Below are positions 53,184 to 64,000 of a DNA stretch of 64,000 nucleotides, in pieces. The stretch comes from Octopus bimaculoides (taxonomy: Eukaryota): NCBI RefSeq assembly GCF_001194135.2, contig NC_068999.1:12330929-12394928 (forward strand). The letters run 5' to 3'. A model generated the notes under the pieces. It was not told the DNA's origin. It saw nothing but the letters and a program-made list of their open reading frames with translations, and made no database searches. The translations under genes were made by a program, and so were the position numbers. Position 1 is the first letter of the stretch. The number at the start of each line of letters is the position of its first letter.

Positions 53184-53884
53184 GTATATATATATATGTA
53201 TATATATATATGTATATATATNNNNNNNNNNNNNNNNNNNNNNNNNNNNNNNNNNNNNNNNNNNNNNNNNNNNNNNNNNNNNNNNNNNNNNNNNNNNNNN
53301 NNNNNNNNNNNNNNNNNNNNNNNNNNNNNNNNNNNNNNNNNNTATATATATTTGTATGAGCGTGTGTGTAAGTAGTTAGGTATGGGTAGATGCGTATCTT
53401 CGGTTTTATATAACAGCAAGAAATCCAAAGATATATACAAAAGTGGGGAAAAATAAGCAACCAATACTTTCTTTTGCAGTCTCACATTGAAATCTCATTA
53501 AATAAATGTCAGTAAATTGTCTTTCAAATTCTTAAACTCATGTCGAAGTGTAAAACCGGCCGGATATTATTGTGATCTCCTAGGCTTTCATAGTATCCGT
53601 AATGTTCGATAGTTGTGTTGAGTGAATGACAATTAAGCTTGTCGTTGTAGGGCCTCATCATCTCAGAAATTAAAAGACATAAAGACCCTTTCACGAGTGC
53701 CAATAGAGATAATGGCATTAAGATTGCTTGTTTGAATATACTGACTGCATCCTGAATGTTATAATCATTAGAGCAAACTAGCGAATGTCTAGATCTCTTT
53801 GCATTAAATCACTACGTCATACACTACTTAGTTGGCAAAACTTTTCTAAGAATCAACAAAGTTTTCTCTCTTCATATACATATA

Positions 53885-54070
53885 TTCGTTTGAAATTTTG
53901 GTACATAGCCATGAATTTTGGGGGAGGGTGTTAGTCGTTTACATCGACCCTAGTATTCAAATGGTGCTTAATTTATTGACACCGAAATGATGAAAGGCAA
54001 GGTCGACCTTGGCTGAATTTGAGCCTAAAACGTGCTGACAGACGAAATGCCGCTAAGCATTGTAACCGGC
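53885..54070 (-). mobile_element. SINE-A, degenerate, with the same alternative tail as the 4125 copy
   Basis: AATTTTGGGGGAGGG...TACATCGACCC...GATGAAAGGCAAGGTCGACCT...GACGAAATGCCGCTAAGCAT. Confidence 0.82.
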
Positions 54071-55756
54071 TTCATCGTCCACATTTTTTTTGCAGTCTCT
54101 CTCTCCAAAGTCTTTCACGACGGCGTTTCCGATTTACGACAATAACCTCACAATGCAATTCTGTATGATTTTGGAAATAAGTGCGAGGCAAAATTTGAAG
54201 CGTTCATTGGTTTATTTGTTTCATTTTGGGAGACATGATGGCTGTGTGCTGCAGTATGACCTCAAATGTTGCAGATGTTGAATCATTTGATCTAGAAGGA
54301 CGGTTGTTACATAAAGTTAGTCTTTCATGGGACTGGAAATGGCAGATATACCGAGCCGCAATAATGTGTATACAGCTACACATAACGTACCTCGAGCGCT
54401 TTATGTATGTATATACATATACTGGTAAACATGGTGGCGAATATATGTTCTTATATAGTTAGAGTTTAAAATATAGATACATCGATATATGAGCAAGTAG
54501 GTAAGAGGAAAATATATGGCTATACCTCTTCACGTTGAAAATCGAGAATCAAAATGATGACATATGCAGGTTGTATTCGAACATGTTCCGGCAGGTTCGA
54601 AAGAAAGTACTTTGACTACATCCCTGTTTCGACGTAGCAAACACTTGAGTCTCCTTACGGTAGATAATCGAGAAAAAAACGAGTGTCATGAACGCTTGCT
54701 CGTCAGCATATTCACGTATAAACATTACCGAACGTATTCAGAAGACACACACAAATACACACACGCTTGTGTGTGTACGTGCGCGCGTGTGAATACGTTT
54801 ATTGTATATTCTTAAATAATTATACATTAAATAGCTTCCGTCTACACTCACACACCTATCTACACATATCTCTGCGTATGTATGTATATGCACATTTATA
54901 TTAAAAGAGAGTGCGTGTATGGGTGTAATTTAGCTGTTTATGAATTGCATCATTTTGCTTAGGAATATCAGTCATTCAACTCAAAGAGTAACTTATTAGA
55001 ATTTTCATTACAATATGTTTGGTTGAATTTACCATAGACAATATAATGACATGTAAGTCAATGAACCCAATAACAAGTGTGAAATCTATTGCTATTCTAT
55101 ACAATATTACCCATGCAATTCTGATATTCTTGATGGCATTTTGATAATGATTGAGTTAATTTTTAAATATTTACGCAAGTTCACAAATATTTAACATACC
55201 TATCAGTGTATATTTTCATAATAGTAACTAGCGCCGGTTTGTTGGATAATGATCTCATGTATTTGTTTCGTAAGTCCATCAGTATTTGTTTCGTGAGAAG
55301 GCTAGTCATCTGTACTGATTTCATTAGAAGTCTTGTGTGATTGTACCGGATCTCTGCGGCCTGAGATCAAGTTTATTATCGTTCCGCTTAAAATGTTGCA
55401 AGTTCATAGTCACACACACAAAAAATGTAAATTCCAGAGGGGCAATATTCGAGAGAAATTTCACATCATCATTTTTCGGGTTTAGTTGCTAGATTTAATA
55501 TGAAGAAGGGAGTTGATTTTCCTGTCGAAGAACATCATTGTGTGCCAATTAATACAAACAGTATAATTGCGCTAAATGATTCGGAGAAAGTAATTTAATT
55601 GTATAGGAGTGAGAAAATTGTACGTAGTACCGAGTGACATCATACACCGCCCCCAAACAGACACACACATACATAAATAAAAATACAGTATAAAGAAAAG
55701 AAAGCAGCAAAACCTGGAGGAAAATATGTTGTTAAGGAGCGTGTGTATATAGGGGA

Positions 55757-55918
55757 AGGAGTGGCTGTGTGGTAAGAAGCTTGCTTCCTAAACAACATGG
55801 TTCTGGGCTCAGTCATACAGCGTGGCACGTAATACAAGTGCTTTCTACTATAGCCTTGGGCCGAATAATGTCTTATGAGTGGAATTCGTAGACAGAAACT
55901 CAAAGAAGCCTGTTGTAC

Positions 55919-55987
<69 letters not shown>

Positions 55988-56184
55988 CATCTACGATTGT
56001 GTGTGTGTTTGTCACTCCACCATCGCTTGAGAACCAATGTTAGTGTGTTTACATCCTCGTGACCTAGCGGTTCGTCAAAATTGGCCGATAGAATGAATAA
56101 TGGGCTTACAAAGAATAAGTTCTGGGGTCGACTCGTTCGACTAAAGGTGGCGCTCCTCAGTTAAATGACTGAAATAAATAAAAG
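55757..56184 (+). mobile_element. SINE-B, full length, internal (CTAT)17
   Basis: Head AGGAGTGGCTGTGTGGTAAGAAGC; aligns with 17683-18110; tail partly deleted. Confidence 0.88.
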
Positions 56185-57198
56185 GAAACAGAAAAGAAAT
56201 ATATATATATATATATATGTATAAGGAAATATATATNNNNNNNNNNNNNNNNNNNNNNNNNNNNNNNNNNNNNNNNNNNNNNNNNNNNNNNNNNNNNNNN
56301 NNNNNNNNNNNNNNNNNNNNNNNNNNNNNNNNNNNNNNNNNNNNNNNNNNNNNNNNNNNNNNNNNNNNNNNNNNNNNNNNNNNNNNNNNNNNNNNNNNNN
56401 NNNNNNNNNNNNNNNNNNNNNNNNNNNNNNNNNNNNNNNNNNNNNNNNNNNNNNNNNNNNNNNNTATATATATATTTATATATATATATATATATATAGA
56501 TAGATAGATAGATAGATGGATAGATAGATAGATAGATAAATATACAGATGGACAGAGAGATAGATAGATAGGTAGATAGATACGGGGTTCATTAAAATAC
56601 CACAAATTCGCTCTGTTCCAAATACAATAGTATTGATTTCTGTAAACCAATTCCAATTGCATTTGTATATAGCGACGTTCTCTCTTGACATCCATCACCA
56701 AACAACTTTTCATGTGGCATTACTCGCAATTTTGCTCATTTCATCACTGTTAAGAAAACTGACCTAATCCGCGAAGTTGTTGCCAGCCAGTCGATACTTG
56801 CATTTAGACGTACCATAGGGCCTTTACATTTACTCAAATATATAGCAGTAGATTTTATGGGGTTATAGACATAAAGAGCGGCAAAATATAGGAATGCTAT
56901 TTTTTACAATCTAACAGAATTCCGAAATAAAATTATTGAATAAAAAGTCTACATATAAAATATTAAAAACTTCAGCAGTGTTCAAAGAACTAAAATAGCT
57001 AAAGTTGTTACAGTCGAACGTCCAAACAAGACTTAAAGACGCTAGTAATAAAATCAATTGACCATAATTCTTAAATGCAATAATATAATATTGACACTTG
57101 AAAGTAAAGGTTTAAGTAAATCGGAGTCACAAAAACTTGAAAATGTAATGTAACGTACATACATGTATACATGTATGCATGTATACATACATATTTCC

Positions 57199-57233
<35 letters not shown>

Positions 57234-58045
57234 NNNNNNNNNNNNNNNNNNNNNNNNNNNNNNNNNNNNNNNNNNNNNNNNNNNNNNNNNNNNNNNNNNN
57301 NNNNNNNNNNNNNNNNNNNNNNNNNNNNNNNNNNNNNNNNNNNNNNNNNNNNNNNNNNNNNNNNNNNNNNNNNNNNNNNNNNNNNNNNNNNNNNNNNNNN
57401 NNNNNNNNNNNNNNNNNNNNNNNNNNNNNNNNNNNNNNNNNNNNNNNNNNNNNNNNNNNNNNNNNNNNNNNNNNNNNNNNNNNNNNNNNNNNNNNNNNNN
57501 NNNNNNNNNNNNNNNNNNNNNNNNNNNNNNNNNNNNNNNNNNNNNNNNNNNNNNNNNNNNNNNNNNNNNNNNNNNNNNNNNNNNNNNNNNNNNNNNNNNN
57601 NNNNNNNNNNNNNNNNNNNNNNNNNNNNNNNNNNNNNNNNNNNNNNATATATATATATATATATATACACAAGAATATATGTATGTACGTACGCATATAT
57701 GTATATCGCTATCAATCTAAACATGTTGGAGCATAGAAGAGATGAAGTAGAAAATGTAGAGACGTTTATAAGAATCAATATACATTTTAAAATGCAGTAA
57801 TACCACGCAGTACAAGTTTAATTCGTTCTATTAATGAGCTCGTCTTAAGCTTTAATTGTTTTGCAAATCAATATTCCCCGTCGAAATTAACTATAATATA
57901 ATTAATCCATTCCAGTCCCCCAAAACGACTCCAAAATAATTTTCATGGGTTTTAAAACAGAAAGGATGTCGTTACAAGTCAAATGAGAATTATATAAAAG
58001 AGAATGCAAAAGAAATATGTAAACCGGTTTTATTAACTGAATTAC

Positions 58046-58088
58046 CTTAAAGATGGCGCCATTCGTGTGCTCGTACTGCGAGGTTCTG
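58046..58088 (-). CDS. Candidate 43-nt micro-exon of an unknown gene
   Basis: Acceptor ...ATGTATCTACAG|CAG (NAGNAG) downstream of a (TG)n tract; donor TTTAAG|GTAATT; open as (S)RTSQYEHTNGAIFK; GC and CpG richer than the flanks. No homology recognised. Confidence 0.3.
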
Positions 58089-59953
58089 CTGTAGATACAT
58101 ATGCATAAACATACAAAAATACACACACACACGCACACACACACACACACACACACATATACATATTTTTTCTCTCTCTTCTATCGTTTCTACTTTCAAA
58201 GAAATATTTCCCCCAAATGTTCGCTATTTTCATCTGGTTCTGGTCTAATGGCCCTCCATGTTTGTTTTCGTTCGTTTCCCTTGTATGTCTCCACTACCCT
58301 GTTTTTGCTCCCAACTTTGACCCTCCATAAATCCTAGATCTTATTTTGGAATTTATGGGAGCAAGTGTCCTTGACGACTCTTATTGTGGCTGAATGCTCG
58401 AAACAAGAGTAAATAGACAGCCGACAACTGTTAAAGGGTCATCTCTCTATGTTTCTTGTCTTTTTTTTTTCCATTTTTCTCACGGAGTTTATGTATTTAA
58501 CGCGCTTGTCTACGTATTTCATGTTGTTTACACAGTTTGGATGGTCTGTACATACACACATATATATATATATATATTATTTATTATCATTATTATTATA
58601 AAATTGAACGGCACGCATCCATTTCCTAGTAAGTTTATTTTCACATTTTTGATGCGATTCAACTGTATACTGTTTTCTTCCTCCATCTTTCTCTAATTCT
58701 CTTCCTTCCCCTCCCTCTTTCACCGCCTTCTATCTGCATCTCACTCTCCTCCTTTGTCTCCTTTTCGAACGCAGCCCCCAGCAAATCATTAAATTCTTAG
58801 GCAAAATACTTGGTAAGTATCTACTTACCGATACACTATATTCATTAACTCACAAATTTGGTAAATAGTACTCACCAAAAATATTTCGTCGATAATTCGA
58901 AGTGTGAGCAATGTTATAAACATTGATACTTTATTTTTAATACGGACGAGAAAACAACCGTATACAGCGCATATAATAAGACGGTGCATACAGTAAGTAC
59001 AACCATTGAAATAATGAAGATCAATTTAATGGTATCTATTGCTGTTGGGTCTGCATTTCAGCAGGCCTGCCAGGAAGGGCATTCTAGCCATGCGTGTATA
59101 TATTTTCACACATAATGCATCAGGTTATGCATCCTTTAAAAGACAGATGAATGGAATTTGTTATTTCTAACCCGTGGAGCGAACATATAACGATACACTG
59201 TTTGGTTGGGAAAGACGATGTAAAACGTATACTAAATATAATAACGATACTTGCTGCTGACAGACGACACATCTACACTCAAGAGACAAACAATGTAGTT
59301 TCTCATTCAACAGCGACAATATTCATATTCGTACTCATGCCAACACTAATACTACTTACAAAATCATCATCATAAAGACGAAACTTACCTATGACGTCTC
59401 CATACAGACACAAGCTCACTTCCTACTAGAACTTTGTCGAGAGAACAAAGCAGTGTTAATACATGCTGCAACTAGCCTAGTTAGAATGGCGGTTATCGCT
59501 GTATCTCATTAGTTTGCAGTACTGGAATGAATTGTATGCAAATGAGTTTTGAAAGATATTTCAATGAAGATGTTTGATTTAATTAGAGTATAGCAAAATT
59601 AATAATATGATAGAGATATGAAAACAACAGCAACAACAATCTCAACAGAGACACTTCAATAACGAGAAAAACATCAACAAGAATACAAGCAGTTGTAGCA
59701 CTATTTATTACAAGCAATGCAAATTAGCGATATAGTATGATAATGACAAATTTTATGATCAGACAGCTTTTGTTTGTTAAAATCACGCTATCATTTTCGC
59801 CCCACCACCTAGTTCTTTCAATCTCTGAGTACTATATATACATATATATATATGCGCGTATGCGTGTATGTGTGTGTGTGTTTGTCTATGTATGTATATA
59901 TGTATGTATATGTATCTATGTATATATGTATGTATATTTATGTATATATACAT

Positions 59954-60048
<95 letters not shown>

Positions 60049-60096
60049 TACACAAACATGTATGTATATAAATATATATGTGGTGAGTGTGTTTCA

Positions 60097-60153
<57 letters not shown>

Positions 60154-60349
60154 TGTATTCATTACACACGTATCATGGTGATTGAATAATTGCGTTTAAG
60201 TAATCATTGACGGCGTGGAACTCAAAATATGAAAATGAAAATTATTACCCATACACACACACACACCAACAAACAAACGCGCGCACACACACACACATAC
60301 ACACACACACATATGTATACATATATGCATTTATGTCTGTTCCATTTCT

Positions 60350-61520
60350 CCTTTTTTAAACTTAGATTTGATAATGAGCGGCGACCTGTTTGGTAGTATG
60401 GCTTTCAAAGAAAGTTTGTTTAAATCTAAAATTGTGCCTCCCACATTCGGCAATAATGTGTTTGATGCCTGCAATTTAAGATATCATATCCGTCAATTTT
60501 TTTATGTTTATGATATAGGCATATTTACACTCGAATTGCATTGATATATCCATGAAAATATGATGCTATGAACTTGTCGGTACTCCACGTCATTTTTCAC
60601 ATATAATTCCTTCCGTTAATGGCTTCAGCCTTTTGTAACCTGTACATACGCACAGCTATTTCATTGAACTTAACACTTTTTGTTTTTCATTTTCTTGTAA
60701 TTAGGGGAGAAGTTTGCGTCAACAGTATTTTCACGCTCCTCATCATTTTGATGTTGCTGTTTCGTACACACAAACTTGGGCAACTCATTCGATGTCCTCA
60801 TTTTTCTGCTGCACACGTCATTTCAGTTTCCAAATAGCTCTCCTGTATGACATCAATACACATTTAACATCACAACAACCATCTTTGCGTGGGAAGTGTT
60901 GACTGTTTACACCTCCATTGATATTGAGCTTTCTAACAGCAGTGGACATCTAACAAGTTCATGTCTATGTCGTTGAGCTCCGTTACTGCCTAGTCTGGAA
61001 GACCCAATATGAGCGTGACGATAGGCACCGCAAATATGTTGTGGGCGATAAATTTGTTGAAAGCTGAGCGTGCAGATGACCATATTTGTTCTTATTAAAA
61101 GTATTTTGAGGTATTCATTGTAATTTGTATCTTCTCTCAAATACTCGTCTTATCAAAAATTCTTCCACTTTTCAACGTACAGTAAAATCGGCTGGTTTAA
61201 GTCGTTGATGTTTAGTGTCTTAAATGATAGCACCCGATTCCCACGTTCCTCCCAAAAAAACCTATGCATTGTGCCATATAAATTTTCATTAGTTTATTGG
61301 ATTGAGTTGCATTGTCGAGTGATTATTTCCTGGCCCACAGAGCTTGAGATCGTCAACAAAGAAAATATAACATTTTAATGGCTCTTTTCTAGACAGCTGT
61401 CTTGTTTAGTGATAAGGTATGAAAAACAGTTTCGTGAAATAGAAAACAGCGGTAGAGACGAACTTCTTTTTGGTAGTGAATATTATCTTTTGGATAGTGT
61501 GTAATGTCACCACTTTTATC
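60350..61520 (-). mobile_element. Second R4/Dong-like LINE remnant (RT core to zinc knuckle)
   Basis: IFFVDDLKL (RT catalytic motif, 61340-61363), SAFNKFIAHNIFAVPIVT...ELNDID, FPRKDG, WSTDKFIASYFHGYINAI, KHIIAEC. Confidence 0.8.
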
Positions 61521-61559
61521 TTCGTAGTGAGATATATCAGCATTTGGTTATTTTGTAGA

Positions 61560-61865
61560 TGGTAGTGGTTAAGAGTTAGGGTTTTCGACTCACTATCATA
61601 AGGTCGCGAGTTCCTTTACCGGCGGTGCGCTGTATCTTTCAAGAGGGTATAATATTTCATGTTGCCTGAGTTCCTTCAAGAATCAAAAATTAGTAGGCCT
61701 GTATTTCAAAGGGTCAGTCTTTTCACATTCTGTGTCGCGTTGAATCACATTGAGAAGTACGTTACAGGTACGCATGACAGTGGAGTGCTCAGTCACTTGT
61801 ACGTGAATTTGGCAAGCAGGATTTTCCGTTGTCGCATGGAACACTCGTCATCATAAATGACGACC
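61560..61865 (+). mobile_element. SINE-C (C2-like), degenerate
   Basis: Head GTGGTTAAGAG...CGAGTTCC; CCTGTATTTCAAAGGG...GTGGAGTGCTCAGTCACTTG...GGAACACTCGTC matches the C 3' domain. Confidence 0.75.
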
Positions 61866-62449
61866 TGATGCTTCGTTAGGTTAACGTTTGGAAGTTTTAA
61901 TCTTCGGGTGATTTGGCGATTTTGAAGCACGAGGAAAGCTGCGATAGCAACGAGGGCATATTATGCCATGTATGTATGTATGTCTGTATATATGTATATG
62001 TGTATGTATATATGTATGTATGTATGTATATGACTTTTGTACCGGGACTTCTCACATTTTTGCAAACCGATATCTTTATGTGTTATGTCAGGCAGCTACA
62101 TCAATTACACATTAGACATTTCACGACACTTCCTTTGCAACAAAACGCATATTTTCAACTAGGACTGTTTGGAACGTATCTATTTACGAATCATATCTAT
62201 TGAACGAATACTTGATTTGGACTAGCTGCAAATAGTTTCTTAATGTAAATATAGCGAGCGATAACACAACCATGAAATAATTAAAAAATATCTATACAGA
62301 AATATCTTTACGATATATTCCAGAAATATATTTTGAATGCAGTGTATTCCTACTGATCTAATACATTGTACAATAAATAGTTAGCAATACGAATATTTAC
62401 ATTTGATCATTAGTCTATATGGCAATTAGCATGAAATTACAAAGAAATT

Positions 62450-63560
62450 AGAATCTCATCAACGAAAGACATACGAGACTATCTAATTAGATATGGATCA
62501 CGCACAAATTCTGCAAACAGCAGGCGTCAAACTATATAAACCGAAATCAACCAATGCGATAGTAGTAATTACACATATGAGAAATCTTCGATGTATTCTA
62601 AGACTTCAAAAATAGGAAAACTATATGGAAGTAATTAGTGGAATCTGAATTGTGAAAACTTGTTGATGTAAAATACACCAATAATCTCTACAATTTCAGT
62701 ATCTAGTCCAAATTTTCATATACAATCTGTATGCCATTATCAATTTCGACACCTTCTAGAAAATCTAGCAAATATTTAATGATATGGAAATCTACACATA
62801 TTTTCACATACAATGTTAAGATGGATATACGTTCTTGTCTCAGTTTAAGATGAATTCTTTAACTACTTCAAAATTAAACCCGACGCCGTTATATCGTTTT
62901 ACATCAATACTAATACTCCTTAATATCACCGATCATTTGTGGAAGTAGATTAAGTATATGGCTAAGTAAATTAGTACATGCAGAATAAAGTCTAGGACTA
63001 TGTGGTTTATATCAACATGTTTTTGTAAATGCTGTCGCCTTAACAAGCAGCAACCTCAATACCGAGGGATAACAATCTATAATATCAAACTGCATAAAGC
63101 TAGCCGTACGTTGTTTATCCATTAAATTCATAAAGCAGTCTGTTAGAGTATCAATATTATTCCATCGTTGTAGCTTAGTCGATTCTCTGATTCTGATATT
63201 AATATTTTTAGTATCTTTTTGTTATTAACCCGATTTTAATCCACGCTGGATTTAACATCCTACATATGGTCTTATCACTAGAATTTGTTTTGTGAACTTG
63301 TAGCGCTATAAAAGCTCCCCTTTTGCTAAGCGTTCTGATTTATCATCGATTCTACGACGCAGAGAGGAATTCAGCTTCATCGTTAATGCCATTGTACCTG
63401 TCTGTGTTCGCTTCCCTGTAATTAGTAGAAATGATGTCATTTAACAACTTATCAAATAAATCATTAAGGATTTCGTTCAGGTTGATGGTTTTATCAGGAA
63501 ATCCGAACTACTTTTTAGAATTTCTAATATCAAATTTTAGTTTGCTTACTTCTGGAACGT
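62450..63560 (-). mobile_element. Decayed Penelope-like element (PLE) reverse-transcriptase remnant
   Basis: INDEA, RLAKG..FIALQVHKTN...CRMLNP, WNNIDTLTDCFMNLMDKQRTASFMQFDIIDCYPSVLRLLLVKATAF (63059-63170) match the recalled PLE RT block WxNT..VI.WF...F.QFDI..FYPSI..LL..A..FA. Downstream motifs are badly decayed and the boundaries are approximate. Confidence 0.7.
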
Positions 63561-64000
63561 AAATCTGGTAACTAAATCAAGATGGTCTATCTGAGGAGGA
63601 GCTAAATCGTTTATTCCGATTGGGTATTTACGCTTTTATAAGCCACTAGATGTACCCGTGACCCATTGGGTAACAAGCACTCCATTTTGAAAATGAATAT
63701 GAAAATGTGAGACGGCAAAGGAAAGAATACTATTCCTTTTAAACAATAATCTTTATCGTCTTAATCAAAACGCAGGACAACAAAAGTGGGAGATAGCGCA
63801 GTTGAAAAAAATGAATACATGCATCTCATCAGTCTCACGAAATCTTCAAATTTCTCAAGAAGCATCCTGAGATGTAGGTGTTTTAGTGGTGTACGCACAT
63901 CAACAGAGTAAAACATGTATTATAAATTCATAATAGTGTTTAAATTAGTAAAATCATTAGAGTCACTGAACTTAAATTAGACATCACGCCAAACATATGT

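Noticed and set aside
54615-54665. Minus-strand GAGAC...GTCGAAAC motif as a hammerhead relic
   Set aside because: The CTGANGA box is absent and there is no second copy for support.
58050-58060. AAGATGGCGCC YY1-like motif as a promoter
   Set aside because: A single short motif with no other promoter evidence.

Overview
AT-rich, microsatellite-dense eukaryotic scaffold with 16 N-gaps (about 5 kb), most of them flanked by (TA)n. The SINE repertoire and repeat landscape suggest an octopus genome; this is an inference from recalled repeat families, not a database search. No recognisable protein-coding gene, rRNA, true tRNA or CRISPR array is present, and the long ORFs in the track are microsatellite or gap artefacts. 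The window looks like intergenic or large-intron DNA filled with decayed mobile elements: three tRNA-headed SINE groups (here A, B, C), LINE remnants (RTE/Rex3-like, CR1/L2-like, two R4/Dong-like, a possible L1/Tx1 ORF1), a Penelope-like RT remnant, at least five Tc1/mariner remnants and a Harbinger-like MITE. The most interesting structure is a 290-bp imperfect palindrome at 23811-24100. Each arm carries a near-complete minimal hammerhead ribozyme motif (CTGATGA-A, stem II, GAAAC) like those in Penelope pLTRs, and the two arms have complementary lesions. Other notable items are a SINE flanked by a 136-bp direct repeat, an internally deleted LINE whose 3' tail resembles the SINE-B tail, and a few weak micro-exon candidates.
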